Positions 1-10,963 of a stretch of 64,000 nt of DNA are shown here, one piece after another. The position numbers and the translations under genes were made by a program. Under the pieces are notes generated by a model that was given only the letters and a program-made list of their open reading frames with translations, ran no database searches and had not been told where the DNA came from. The stretch's first letter is position 1; every line of letters starts with the position of its first letter. This stretch comes from Anditalea sp. (lineage in GTDB: Bacteria > Bacteroidota > Bacteroidia > Cytophagales > Cyclobacteriaceae), in assembly GCA_035461405.1 (NCBI GenBank), contig DATHVH010000323.1, positions 1,626-65,625 of the forward strand, in the 5' to 3' direction.

Positions 1-348
1 CCGCCGCGGACACTGCTCGATGTCCTGTTCCCGATACTAAAACTAAGCAGAAATGCTTGGCTTTTTTTGGCCATACAAAATAGGATGTTTATATCCTTCC
101 GGGGGTCACTACCCAATGAATACATTCTGCTGCGTGGGATGATATCAAAAGTTTTTTTGACCTCTTTAATATAATATGAATTTACACATATTCATGAAAA
201 GGAGAATATCACAATAATCTGGAAATCTAACTGCACGCTTTCATCAATTTTATTTAACCCTACTCCCTTAGAAAAAAAATATCGGCAATTCACCTAATTA
301 TTAAAAAACTAGTATTAATTTTTCCGCAATTATTTTAACTCTTATTTT

Positions 349-987
349 ATGAAGAAAATCTTACTCTTTTCATTGATTTTATTTTTCAGTATTGAGGGAT
401 ATTGCCAGGAGCCAATCAGATTTAAAAGAGGCTATATTGGAATTAGCTTAGGCCCAACTATACATACAGGAACCACATCAGGCCCTGCCGTCATAGTTCC
501 TGTTTCTTATTTTGGTTCTTCACAGGGATTTATAATTCCGGAAACCCCAACATTAAACCCAGGTGATGTTGGATTGACTATCAATTTGATCGATGGCGGC
601 TATACCATTTGGAAAAATTGGGGTATAGCCTTAAAATGGCAGGGCGGTGCATATGTTGATGAACTGGACGGTGAGGTTTTAGTTTCAAATTTCGGGATGA
701 TTATGTTCGGTCCAATGTATTCTGTTCCAATTCAAAAAGACCTTATCTTGGATTTCAAATTAAGGACGGGAAGAATGTATTCCGGATATACTTTCGAAGG
801 CATGAATTCTAAGGGAGAGGGTAGTTATTATAGACTTGGAATGGAAGGCAGTGCTACCCTAAGATATAATTTTGCCCCCAAATGGGCCTGGATCAACAAC
901 TTGGAATACCAAAATCAATTTGCTTATTTTTCTAAAGAAAGAATAAGTAGAATCAATATCTCTTCGGGGATAGCATTTAGGTTTTAG
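349..987 (+). CDS. Outer-membrane beta-barrel protein, function unknown
   Basis: Signal peptide, alternating amphipathic strands, C-terminal GIAFRF (terminal Phe BAM signal). Confidence 0.65.
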   Translation: MKKILLFSLILFFSIEGYCQEPIRFKRGYIGISLGPTIHTGTTSGPAVIVPVSYFGSSQGFIIPETPTLNPGDVGLTINLIDGGYTIWKNWGIALKWQGGAYVDELDGEVLVSNFGMIMFGPMYSVPIQKDLILDFKLRTGRMYSGYTFEGMNSKGEGSYYRLGMEGSATLRYNFAPKWAWINNLEYQNQFAYFSKERISRINISSGIAFRF

Positions 988-1018
988 ACCAATTATGAAA
1001 TCTCATTTCATAATTGGT
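988..1018 (+). terminator. Intrinsic terminator
   Basis: ACCAATTATGAAAT-ctc-ATTTCATAATTGGT, perfect 14-bp stem directly after the stop, then T-rich. Confidence 0.7.
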
Positions 1019-1249
1019 TACTTTTAAAGGCTTTCCGCTTTTATGTCTTGTGATTCTGCTGCTTAAAAGTTATGATTCCTATTAAAAGTTTTAGTTTATT
1101 CATCAAACTGAAGTTAATATATAGTTTATTTTTTCATTTTATTAATAGTCACAGCCCTACTTAAACTGGGAAACAACTATTTTCAGAACATCCTTCCCGC
1201 ACATTCATTTCGGTTATTTATCAGTATATTTATATCAAATTATCATTAT

Positions 1250-2326
1250 ATGGGACTATTAATATTTTATGCATTTATATCTATTTTCTTCTCTTTTTTA
1301 TGTTCGATTTTAGAAGCTGCTTTTTTGAGTTTTACTCCCTCATATATCAGAATGAAAAAGAGGGAAGGAAAATTATATGCCAAAACTATAGCTCAATTTA
1401 AAAAAGACGTTGACCAACCTTTGATAGCGATACTGACGATAAATACAATAGCCCATACTGTAGGTGCGATTCTGGTAGGCGTACAGGCAGAAAAAGTATT
1501 TGGAGGAGGGACAGCGGTAATAATCGTGTCTACCATCATGACACTTGCTATCTTAATTATTTCGGAAATCATTCCGAAAACAATAGGAGCTACCTATTGG
1601 CACTATTTAGGAAATTTTACCGCTAAAACATTACAAATCATTATTTATCCTTTAAAATATTCGGGGATACTTTGGCTGATGATGCTTACGACAAAACTGA
1701 TTGGTAAATCCGCACATGTAAATACAATGAGCCGGGAGGAATTTCTGGCCATCACTGACGCGGCCGAACAGGAGGGAGTTTTTGAAGCTAGCGAATCTAG
1801 TCTTATAAAAAATCTTATGGTGTTTAAGACTATTAAAGCCAAAGACATTATGACACCTTTCTCAGTAGTGGTCACTGAGGAGGAGTCCACTACCATTAAG
1901 GATTTTTATAACAATCATAAACATCTTCAATTTTCTAGGATACCGGTTTATGATGGAAAGCCCCACTATATTACTGGATTCGTGCTGAAGGATGAGGTTT
2001 TAGAAGAAATGATAAACGAAAAAGGGTCGGAACCTATTAAAATTTTGAGAAGGGACATCAATTTTACTGATATTCAGACTCCGATACCAAAACTATTCGA
2101 GATCCTAGTAAAAAACAGAACACATATTACAGCAGTAGTGGACGAATATGGAAATATGGTGGGATTAGTGACGATGGAGGATATTATAGAAACATTATTG
2201 GGCTTTGAAATCATGGATGAGAAGGACAGTATTCCTGACATGCAGGTTCTAGCTCGTCAAAATTGGGAAAAAAGGGCTAAGCGAATGGGAATAATCGATT
2301 CTTCTAAAGATGACAATCCAAATTGA
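1250..2326 (+). CDS. CNNM (DUF21)-CBS membrane protein, hemolysin/CorB-like Mg2+ homeostasis family
   Basis: N-terminal TM segments with SILEAA and SEIIPK, CBS pair (FSRIPVY, VVDEYG, GLVTMEDIIE). Confidence 0.85.
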   Translation: MGLLIFYAFISIFFSFLCSILEAAFLSFTPSYIRMKKREGKLYAKTIAQFKKDVDQPLIAILTINTIAHTVGAILVGVQAEKVFGGGTAVIIVSTIMTLAILIISEIIPKTIGATYWHYLGNFTAKTLQIIIYPLKYSGILWLMMLTTKLIGKSAHVNTMSREEFLAITDAAEQEGVFEASESSLIKNLMVFKTIKAKDIMTPFSVVVTEEESTTIKDFYNNHKHLQFSRIPVYDGKPHYITGFVLKDEVLEEMINEKGSEPIKILRRDINFTDIQTPIPKLFEILVKNRTHITAVVDEYGNMVGLVTMEDIIETLLGFEIMDEKDSIPDMQVLARQNWEKRAKRMGIIDSSKDDNPN

Positions 2327-2391
2327 AAACTTTTTTCTAAGTTAAAAGAGTTATGAACCTGGACTAATATATTTTCAGTTTAGATTTAATT

Positions 2392-3393
2392 TCACAAATC
2401 TGTAGTACGGGTACTGATCTCCCTGACGATCTGATCCAGTTCCTGGGCAGACTCCATGATGTGGGACAATAATTCCTCGTGGTCTTTATCTACAGACTTT
2501 TCCAGATCAATAAGATTTACCAGACCTAAGAGTCTGGCAATAGGGGCACGTACCATGTGGGATTGCATCCAGGCAATTTCCTTCATTTTACGATTTTGAT
2601 TTTCTATGGTTTTGGTATATTTAAGCCTTTCAGTAATATCTGATGACAAAACCAGCACAGCCTCTCTATCCTTGAAATTGATTATATTGGTTTTGATTTC
2701 AACATTAATTTCATCACCATTTTTTTTCTTATGTTTAGCCAAACTATAAAATGATCTTTGCTTATGCATCGAAGCTTTGATATGGTTTTCCAATTTCACT
2801 ACTTCTTCTGCAGAACGAATATCTTTAATCGTCATGGTTAAAAACTCTTCTTTATTATACCCATAATGATTTATGGTTGCTTCATTGACGTCCAGAAATC
2901 GAAGTGTCTCTAAATCGAAAACCCACATTGGAAGTGGGCTCATGTGAAATAGATGACTATACCGACTTTTGGATTCTTCCAGATCATACAGTATCCGTTT
3001 CCTTTCAATGTTATAAACCAAACTCTTATATAGGGTGGAAGGAGAAAGGTCGTCTTTGATCAGGTAATCCGAAATCCCCATAGACAATGATTTGACACTA
3101 AATTCAAAATCTCCATAGCCAGATAAAATTATGACTGGACAACCTGAATCAAGAGTAACTATATCATTGATCAATTTTTCCCCACTACAGTCCGGCAGAG
3201 AGAGGTCCAGCAGAATCACATCATAAGGACATACATCCAGCGTAGACAAATGAGTTTTTGCTTCATTTAAAGTATTGGCGTGAATGATTTCGGGATTAGT
3301 AATAAATTCCTGAAGATAATCTTCTATCAAAGTAAAATCTCCTAGATTGTCTTCTATTACTAATATCTTGTATTTTTTTTGATCTTTAAACAC
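2392..3393 (-). CDS. Receiver-PAS-HisKA protein lacking an HATPase domain
   Basis: REC (IEDN, LLDLSLPD), PAS, C-terminal SHMVRAPIARLLGL; start placed at GTG 3393, overlapping the upstream TAG (TAGTG), rather than the track's 3432. Confidence 0.8.
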   Translation of the reverse strand: MFKDQKKYKILVIEDNLGDFTLIEDYLQEFITNPEIIHANTLNEAKTHLSTLDVCPYDVILLDLSLPDCSGEKLINDIVTLDSGCPVIILSGYGDFEFSVKSLSMGISDYLIKDDLSPSTLYKSLVYNIERKRILYDLEESKSRYSHLFHMSPLPMWVFDLETLRFLDVNEATINHYGYNKEEFLTMTIKDIRSAEEVVKLENHIKASMHKQRSFYSLAKHKKKNGDEINVEIKTNIINFKDREAVLVLSSDITERLKYTKTIENQNRKMKEIAWMQSHMVRAPIARLLGLVNLIDLEKSVDKDHEELLSHIMESAQELDQIVREISTRTTDL

Positions 3394-3827
3394 TATTCGT
3401 GGTGTGTTGGTAGGTGTACAATATTTATCCAAAAATTCTCAATTTTATTCACTGCTTCAAAAAACTCTTTAACATCTACAGGTTTGGTGATATAGCAATT
3501 GGCGTAATTGTTATAGGCGCTATTAATATCAGTTTGGGCAGATGAGGTGGTGAGCATAATGACTGGAATTCTTTTTAAGTGTTCTGATTGTTTCACATAT
3601 TTAAGAACTTCATGCCCATTCCTTTTTGGCAAATTCACATCCAATAAAATGAGGTCTGGACGGACAACCTGTGTATAAGTATTTCTTTTCTCCAAGTAAT
3701 CTATTGCTGATTCACCATCTCTGATTACTTTTATAGTATTCTTAATCGAACTTTCTTCAAATGCCTCGAGAGTCAGCAGGATATCCCCTTCGTTATCTTC
3801 GACTAAAAGAATATTTATAGATCCCAT
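3393..3827 (-). CDS. Single-domain response regulator, Rcp1-like
   Basis: ILLVEDN, LILLDVNLP, IPVIMLTTS, ANCYITKP, ENFW motifs. Confidence 0.9.
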   Translation of the reverse strand: MGSINILLVEDNEGDILLTLEAFEESSIKNTIKVIRDGESAIDYLEKRNTYTQVVRPDLILLDVNLPKRNGHEVLKYVKQSEHLKRIPVIMLTTSSAQTDINSAYNNYANCYITKPVDVKEFFEAVNKIENFWINIVHLPTHHE

Positions 3828-3845
3828 ATGCTCCGTGGTACAAAA

Positions 3846-6800
3846 TTATTTGGGAAGAGTAAAATAGAAAGTACTTCCTTTTCCATTCTCGGTTTTAACC
3901 CAAATATTTCCATTTAAGTTCTCAATGATTTTTTTGGTTACAGCTAAACCCATACCAGTTCCTGGATATTCTTCTCTTTGGTGAAGTCTTTGGAAAATAA
4001 TAAAGATTTTATCCTGATATTCCGGTCTGAATCCAATACCATTATCCTGAAAGGCAAACTCGTAAAAGTCAGCACTTTCATTTACCGTAATTTGAATCAA
4101 AGGAGTGTTATCATCGTTTTGATATTTCAGTCCATTATTGATCAGGTTATGAAATACTTGCCTTATAGGAGCTTTAGGCAGTTTTATAGTGGGTAAAATG
4201 TCAGATATTATTTTCGCTTTCTTTTCAGAAATCTGCTGCCTGTGAAGATTTTTTATTTCTTTTATAATGTCATTTAGGTTTACTTCTTCATATTTATCTT
4301 CCATTCTGCCCACTCGACTGAATTCCAATAGATCAAGAATGATCTGTCTCATTCTTTTTGCTCCATCTACTGCAAAATAAATATACTTTTTACCCTTTTC
4401 ATCCAGCAGGTCATTGTACTTTCTTTCTAGCTGGGTGAGGAAACTGGTGACCATCCTCAGAGGCTCTTGTAGATCATGGGATGCCACATAGGCAAACTGT
4501 TCCAATTCTGCATTGGATAGTGCAAGTTCCCGGGCATGAGTTTCCAGCTTGCTATTCAAATCTTTTAAACGCTGCTCATTTTTAATCCTTTCCCTGATGT
4601 CTGCGTGAATGCCATATATGGCCATCAGATCTCCATTGTCATCATAAACAGGTCCTGCACTTAAGGTGTAGTGCAGAATATTTCCTGCTTTAGTAAGAAG
4701 CTCAACTTCTTCTTTTAAAAACCTGCCCGCATAAAGATCTTCAAAGATCTTATGACCAATCTTAGGATCAGAATACAGATTTTGTTCACCGTATTCTTCC
4801 AGTTCCTTTGGTTTCATCCCCAATTCCTTTTGAAATGTAGGGTTGAGGTAAATACTTTTTGGACTCAGATTGATTATACCAATAGCTTCCTGACTGTTTT
4901 CAATAACTTTTTTAAATTTAAGCAGCTCCCTTTCAGCAATTTTTTCTTTTGTTATATCTTTAAAATAAACAGTAATTCCTTCCTCGGCAGGGAATACACT
5001 GACACCAAACCACATATTTAAGGGAGGAAAAAACTCTTCAAATCTCACAGACTCACCTGATTCAAATACTTTTTTATACGCTTTATAAAATGTAAGTTCT
5101 TTTGCTTCCGGAAAATACTCCCATAAATAACTTCCTTCCATCTCCTCTTTGGTCTGATGAAGGAGCTCTTCTGCTTTCTTATTCCAGAAAGTAATTACAT
5201 AATTTTTATCCAATGCATAAAAACCATCCTGAATACTTTCCAACGTATCGGTCACTCTTTTACTGGAGGCCTCCAACTCTAATTCATAATTTTTTCTATC
5301 CGTAATATCTCTTGCAATGGCAAAAATATGCTCTTCACCTCTCAAAGGGGTAGCTGTCCATGACAACCATATGACTGATTTGTCTTTTTTGATATACCGA
5401 TTTTCAAAATTGTGTACGGTTTTACCCAATTCCAGATCACTTAAAGTATTTTTTGTTTTTTCTATATCTTCTGGATGGATAATGTCCAGAAAATTAATTT
5501 CTTTGATTTCCTCAAAATCGTAACCAAGCAAATCACTTAGAGACATATTTGCTTTCTTAAAATACCCCTGTAGGTTTGCAATGCAAAGTAGGTCGGGTGA
5601 AAGATCAAAAAAGAGGTTCAGATCCAGTTCTGCTTTTTTCCGTTTAAGATCCAAAGCGAGTAAATGTAGCGTACTTTCTGATATGCGTGGATGATTATTA
5701 AGAGGTTCGTTGCTTCCCTTTTGGAAAAGGCAAATTACTCCAATAATTTCCTTTTCGAATTTTATGGGATAACCTATAGCAGATCTAAAATTATTAAGAA
5801 GAATAAATTCCTGCCTTATAAATTTACTCTGCAGGTCTAAACCATCCATAATAATCACATCACCTGAACTGTAAACCAATCCCGGAAGTCCTTCATCCCC
5901 TTTAAATGCTATTTTATAGTTTGTAGGGGAAGTTTCCAGTACTCCGTTATAGGACATAAGGCCCAATCTGGTATTATCCATATTAGTAATCCATATTTCC
6001 CCATAATCCAGCTCGGTAAACTCCATAAGTTTATTTAAAGAGTCATGAAATATATTTTCAACTGATACATCCTGGGCAAAAATATTGGTAAGACTTAGTT
6101 TTAACCTGTCTTCTTTTTCTTTTATCTTATCAGCAGTTATATTTTGAATGGCGCCTACCAGGCGGATAGCTTTTCCTATATCATTCCTTATGGCTACAGC
6201 GCGATCTCTCACATACAGTATTTCATCCTGGGCATTATAAAAGCGGTATTCAGCTTCCCAATTATTATCATCAGAATAATTTATGAAATTGAAGAGTGAG
6301 TCATTTAGTGCCTGAAAATCTTTAGTATGAATACGGTTATTCCAAAAATTATTTCCTTTTTCAATTTCCGCATCGGTAAACCCAAACATTCCTTTAAACC
6401 CAGATGACCTGAAGATTTTATTTTCCACTAAATCCCAATCCCATATAGCGTCTGAAGTGGCTTTAGTGACCAGGCCGTACCGCTGGTTACTGGCAATGAT
6501 CTCCATTTCTGCCTTTTTACGTTCGGTGATGTCTATACCCACACACTGGATTTCTGTGATGTTACCGCTATAGTCGGTAAGTGCCATAAATTCCCATATG
6601 CTGGTCATGGGATACCCATTTTCAGATATTTTATCTATCTCTATTTTGAAAGGCTCATTAGTAAAATTCACACATTGCGCTACCGTATTTTGTACCTTTT
6701 CTAGATGATATGGCATGATGGATTCACTTGCATCTTTTCCAATCAAATTTTCATCTAGATAAAACCAAGAAAAAGTATTCTGATATTTTTCATTACAGAA

Positions 6801-9578
6801 AGTATATTTCCCTTCTAGATCTGTACGAATCACATAACTCGTGTGGGACTCTACTATACCCCTATAGCGAGATTCGCTTTTTATTATAAGTTCCCTCGCA
6901 AGTCTATCTGCAGTTATATCCTGTACAGTCCCCGAAAGGCCCCATTGGCCATCTAAATTTCTCTTGTAGGTACCGTGTTCTCTTACCCATTTGATAGTAT
7001 TATCCGGAAGTTCGATAGAATGGTCAAATTCATATGAACCTTCATTTTCAATACAATCTTCTATTATAGGTATATATTTATCTTTATGTGTATGTGGTAT
7101 AAGTGACCAAAAATAATCTTCTGTAATAATAATGTCCTTCGATATTCCAAAAATATTATAAACCTCCTCAGACCAATCTATAATTTTAGTTTCTAGATCC
7201 AAGTACCAATAACCCAGCTTCGCCAACTTTTGAGCCTCCAATAATTTGGTTTCTCTATCCTTAAGTTGTTCCAAAGCTTCCTCCCGTTTGGTCACATCGA
7301 TGGCAATGACCATTTTGGAAGGAATATTTTGGTAATTAAGGGCATAACCGAATATTTCCATCTTAGCCAACTCCCCATTTCGTTTTTTGTGAGTAAATAC
7401 ACCAAACCGATGCGTAGTGGTCTTGTGCAGAAGTTCGTGATGCGTAGCCAGCATTTTTTCTACTTCAGCTTCTGGCCTGATATCCCTAAGGGTCATCCCT
7501 TGAAACTCCTCGGCAGAATAGCCATAAAAATCCACTGTGGCATGATTGACATCTAAAAATCTTAAAGTTTTAATATCGTAAATCCATTGAGGAAGTGGAC
7601 TGGAATTGAATAGCGTAAAATATTTTTCTGCTGTCTGCTGCAGGGTAAAATCCGCTTCTATTCTTTCGGTGATATCCCGGGAATTAGCCACTATGCCATT
7701 TATGGTAGAATCCTCTAACAGGTTAGTCACTTCTGTTTCCATCCACCTCCATTGCCCCTGTAAGTTTTGAAAGCGAAAAGGTGGCAAACTAAGTCTTTTT
7801 TCAGTGGCCAGTTTCCCAAAGTACTCACCGACAATTTCCGCATCATCAGGATGGATAAATTCAAAAGCACTTCTACCAATAAATACTTCCGGTAAAATTC
7901 CCAACACACTATAAGATGTAGGACTAACATAGGTATAGTGAGCCTGATAGTCCAAAATAGCTATTAGGTCACTCCCATCCTGGACAAGTTTACGAAACCT
8001 GTCTTCATTATAGCGGAGCATATATTCCGCTTCCATTTTCTCCTGACCATCTCGGGCCACACAAAACATCATCTTTTCTTCAGGATCAAAGTGCGCTGAC
8101 CAGATTACTGTCATTATAGAACCGTCCTTCCTGATATACCGGTTTTGGAATGCCGTCACATCTGTACCTGCCATAATGATCTTAGAGGCGGCCTGTGTAA
8201 GCTCTCTGTCCTCAGGATGAACCATATTCATATACGGATGGCCAATAAGCTCTTCTGGGGTATAACCCCACATTTTTTGGCTAGCTTGACTTACTTCTTG
8301 AAAATTTCCATCAACGTCCATTGCACAGATCACATCCACAGATCTGCTATAGACTTTTTCCAATCTTTCCTGGGACTGTAATTGTTGAGCTCTGACCTGC
8401 TCGTTTTCTGTGACATCCTTTGCAATTCCAAATACACCAATAATTTCATCATTTCTGAAGATAGGGAGGTGCGTAATATTGAGTATTCTTGGAGTGCCTT
8501 TAAAGGTTATGAAATTTGTATTATAATGTAATTTTTCACCATTCTTGGCTTTTAAAAAAAATTTATATACTCTTTCCTTTTCATACTTGGGAAGAAGTGT
8601 GAAAAAATCAATAGATAAAATATCTTCCAGACTTCCTTCTGCCATATCAGCTGCTACAGCATTAGCATTTATTAATCTTCCTTCATTATCAAAGGAAAAC
8701 ACAGCATCTGGATGATGAAAAAACAGCGAATCATACCTTTCCTCACTTTGTCTAAGGGCTATTTCATTAAGTTTGCTATCCGTAATATCTAAAATATGAC
8801 TTACAAAATGGTAGGGTTCACCATTACCTTTTTTTATTAAAGAGACATTAAGCCATGCCCAGATAATGTCTCCATTTTTTTTAAGGTACCGTTTTTGAAT
8901 TTTGTAGTTTTCGACCTCTCCACTAAGCAATTTAGTAACATGATCCAGATCCTTTTCCAAATCCTCAGGATGCGTGAGGTCTTTAAAAGTCAATTCAAAA
9001 AGTTCTTTCCGGGAATATCCAGTAATTTCACAAATTTTGGGGTTTACCTCTATCCATTTTCCTTCTAGGTCCAGCATGGCTATGCCTGTAGCACTATGAT
9101 TGAATACAGATAGAAATTTTTGCTCAATTTCATCCAACAAAGCCCTGTCCAATTCCTTATTGATCTGCATTTTTACATAGGCTGTGACTTCTCTAACCTG
9201 ATGAAGAATGCAGACCAGTTCACCATTTTCACTGAAAATTGGAGTGTTAGAGGCCTCCCAATATCTTTCGTCTATCTCCCCTGTTTGCTTGTTAATTATA
9301 TCATATTTAACAATAGGCATTTCATCAATTGTCTTCTCACGAACAACTTTGTTTAAACTTTTCTCTAAATTTTCCGGACCAATGCTGTCATCTTTCAGTT
9401 GAGGAAATGCCTCAGTGATTCCCATACCAATCAACTCCTTCTTGCCCAGAAAAGAATTTATGAGAAATGCTTTATTAACATTGATGATGGTAAATGTCGG
9501 ATCATCTACATCAATTAGCGCTGAAGGAGTAGGTGAACTGTCAAAAACAGTTTGGAATAGCTTGGAATCCATAAGCAT
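3846..9578 (-). CDS. Cytoplasmic multi-PAS/GAF sensor histidine kinase, 1910 aa
   Basis: About 12 PAS/PAC repeats ending in DIT/DVT, one GAF, HisKA FAYVASHDLQEPLR, HATPase (NLINNG, DNGIG, GTGMGLA); no TM helices seen. Confidence 0.9.
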   Translation of the reverse strand: MLMDSKLFQTVFDSSPTPSALIDVDDPTFTIINVNKAFLINSFLGKKELIGMGITEAFPQLKDDSIGPENLEKSLNKVVREKTIDEMPIVKYDIINKQTGEIDERYWEASNTPIFSENGELVCILHQVREVTAYVKMQINKELDRALLDEIEQKFLSVFNHSATGIAMLDLEGKWIEVNPKICEITGYSRKELFELTFKDLTHPEDLEKDLDHVTKLLSGEVENYKIQKRYLKKNGDIIWAWLNVSLIKKGNGEPYHFVSHILDITDSKLNEIALRQSEERYDSLFFHHPDAVFSFDNEGRLINANAVAADMAEGSLEDILSIDFFTLLPKYEKERVYKFFLKAKNGEKLHYNTNFITFKGTPRILNITHLPIFRNDEIIGVFGIAKDVTENEQVRAQQLQSQERLEKVYSRSVDVICAMDVDGNFQEVSQASQKMWGYTPEELIGHPYMNMVHPEDRELTQAASKIIMAGTDVTAFQNRYIRKDGSIMTVIWSAHFDPEEKMMFCVARDGQEKMEAEYMLRYNEDRFRKLVQDGSDLIAILDYQAHYTYVSPTSYSVLGILPEVFIGRSAFEFIHPDDAEIVGEYFGKLATEKRLSLPPFRFQNLQGQWRWMETEVTNLLEDSTINGIVANSRDITERIEADFTLQQTAEKYFTLFNSSPLPQWIYDIKTLRFLDVNHATVDFYGYSAEEFQGMTLRDIRPEAEVEKMLATHHELLHKTTTHRFGVFTHKKRNGELAKMEIFGYALNYQNIPSKMVIAIDVTKREEALEQLKDRETKLLEAQKLAKLGYWYLDLETKIIDWSEEVYNIFGISKDIIITEDYFWSLIPHTHKDKYIPIIEDCIENEGSYEFDHSIELPDNTIKWVREHGTYKRNLDGQWGLSGTVQDITADRLARELIIKSESRYRGIVESHTSYVIRTDLEGKYTFCNEKYQNTFSWFYLDENLIGKDASESIMPYHLEKVQNTVAQCVNFTNEPFKIEIDKISENGYPMTSIWEFMALTDYSGNITEIQCVGIDITERKKAEMEIIASNQRYGLVTKATSDAIWDWDLVENKIFRSSGFKGMFGFTDAEIEKGNNFWNNRIHTKDFQALNDSLFNFINYSDDNNWEAEYRFYNAQDEILYVRDRAVAIRNDIGKAIRLVGAIQNITADKIKEKEDRLKLSLTNIFAQDVSVENIFHDSLNKLMEFTELDYGEIWITNMDNTRLGLMSYNGVLETSPTNYKIAFKGDEGLPGLVYSSGDVIIMDGLDLQSKFIRQEFILLNNFRSAIGYPIKFEKEIIGVICLFQKGSNEPLNNHPRISESTLHLLALDLKRKKAELDLNLFFDLSPDLLCIANLQGYFKKANMSLSDLLGYDFEEIKEINFLDIIHPEDIEKTKNTLSDLELGKTVHNFENRYIKKDKSVIWLSWTATPLRGEEHIFAIARDITDRKNYELELEASSKRVTDTLESIQDGFYALDKNYVITFWNKKAEELLHQTKEEMEGSYLWEYFPEAKELTFYKAYKKVFESGESVRFEEFFPPLNMWFGVSVFPAEEGITVYFKDITKEKIAERELLKFKKVIENSQEAIGIINLSPKSIYLNPTFQKELGMKPKELEEYGEQNLYSDPKIGHKIFEDLYAGRFLKEEVELLTKAGNILHYTLSAGPVYDDNGDLMAIYGIHADIRERIKNEQRLKDLNSKLETHARELALSNAELEQFAYVASHDLQEPLRMVTSFLTQLERKYNDLLDEKGKKYIYFAVDGAKRMRQIILDLLEFSRVGRMEDKYEEVNLNDIIKEIKNLHRQQISEKKAKIISDILPTIKLPKAPIRQVFHNLINNGLKYQNDDNTPLIQITVNESADFYEFAFQDNGIGFRPEYQDKIFIIFQRLHQREEYPGTGMGLAVTKKIIENLNGNIWVKTENGKGSTFYFTLPK

Positions 9579-10159
9579 AATTAAAGGGGGGTAATCAGTA
9601 ATATATAATTACGGCGATGCTAAGGTTGCGAAAAAGACTTACAATAAAAAATAGAAGATTACCACCTTTGATTATTGCTTGATTAATTAAAAATCAATTT
9701 AATTTAAACTAAACCAGTTTTAACTTTCAAATTTATTTGTTCTGCATTTTTTTGACCGTCATTAACACATTATATACATTATCCTATTTACAGTATCCAT
9801 GATTCCGCGCTTTGATATATGTGCCTCCATAGTCCCATTTATTGAAAAAAGAGTTCATTCAATTATATCATATTAGTAGTCGGATTTTTTTTACTATTTC
9901 TAGACTCTTACCATAAATACAGGAAATGAACAGAAATGCACAAGCTGAAGGGAAAAATATACAACTTACAACTATACGGGGGTATGTGGTAAAGGAAAAT
10001 GTAAAAACTTAAAATTTATTGCAATTATGATAATTTGCATAGTTGAAGCTTTTTAAAAAATATCGCGTTTACAATTCTAAACTTTATATCTAAGAGATTT
10101 ACATTTAAGTAATTTGAATTTTTCATCGAATACTTTTATCTAATATTCCTTAATAGACA

Positions 10160-10735
10160 TCAAAACCACCTTCCCAAAATAATCTTTATTCCAAAATGAT
10201 TTCCCCAACTTGATTGTGCATCTTCATAAATAAAATAAGTTCCTCCAAATTGAAGTCCGAAGGTCATTGCATATCTATTGTCAAACAATAAGTTGTACCC
10301 AGGTTCAATCCAAAGACCTATATTGTTATTTTCTTCTAATCTATTTCTAGTCAAGCTTAAAACTGGTGCGACATAAAAACCTTCTGAACTTTGTTTTTTA
10401 TATTCTTTTGGGTTTATAAATATGGGAATAGCTGTCTCGAGTCCAAGGTGGCTTATTTCATTCGCTACATTTCTTATTCCAAGATTAAGTATTGAAGTCA
10501 GTCTAATATCTGCTCTTCTAGAAAAAGGCCTTTGATATACTACTGGCAATATATTTATGTCCATTTCTCCTCTTTCGTAAAATGGCTCAACTGTCACACT
10601 GGGATTTACACCAATGAAATTAAATTTATTGATAGTTTGAGCTTTGACGGAGCTATAAAAACAAAGTATTATAATTAATAATAGATAAGTTTTATTAATA
10701 AGTACTGCATTAATCGTCTCTAAAAATTTATACAT
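10160..10735 (-). CDS. Outer-membrane beta-barrel protein (DUF3575-like)
   Basis: Signal peptide ending VKA-Q, amphipathic strands, C-terminal LGRWF. Confidence 0.55.
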   Translation of the reverse strand: MYKFLETINAVLINKTYLLLIIILCFYSSVKAQTINKFNFIGVNPSVTVEPFYERGEMDINILPVVYQRPFSRRADIRLTSILNLGIRNVANEISHLGLETAIPIFINPKEYKKQSSEGFYVAPVLSLTRNRLEENNNIGLWIEPGYNLLFDNRYAMTFGLQFGGTYFIYEDAQSSWGNHFGIKIILGRWF

Positions 10736-10963
10736 GGCCGTTATACATTTGAAAAATATGAACTATTGCTTCCTTAATTTACAAAGTTTCTAATAAACTC
10801 CCCAAAAACCAGAGACGATATATCCCTATTTTATCTATCCACCTTCTGAAAGAAAATTCTACCACAATAAACTTAGTCAAAAATTACACAAGCAATTTTC
10901 GCTAAAAACCATTTTTTTTATTCTATATCTATCAAAGGATAGATATTTCATTAATTTTAGAGC

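Noticed and set aside
1-190. Open minus-strand frame (...MYSLGSDPRKDINILFCMAKKSQAFLLSFSIGNRTSSSVRG) faintly resembling an IS1 InsB segment
   Set aside because: The catalytic DE and conserved Trp residues are absent, no terminal inverted repeat is visible, the plus strand is also open and the region is cut by the window edge; a blastx search is needed
3978-9402. Short ORFs inside the large histidine kinase
   Set aside because: Antisense or alternate-frame shadows with no domain signal; the same applies to short ORFs inside purU, the antiporter, RND, HTCS and PUL genes
9579-10159. 580-bp intergenic gap with a 28-codon ORF (MNRNAQAEG...)
   Set aside because: No terminator, motif or composition support; probably promoter DNA
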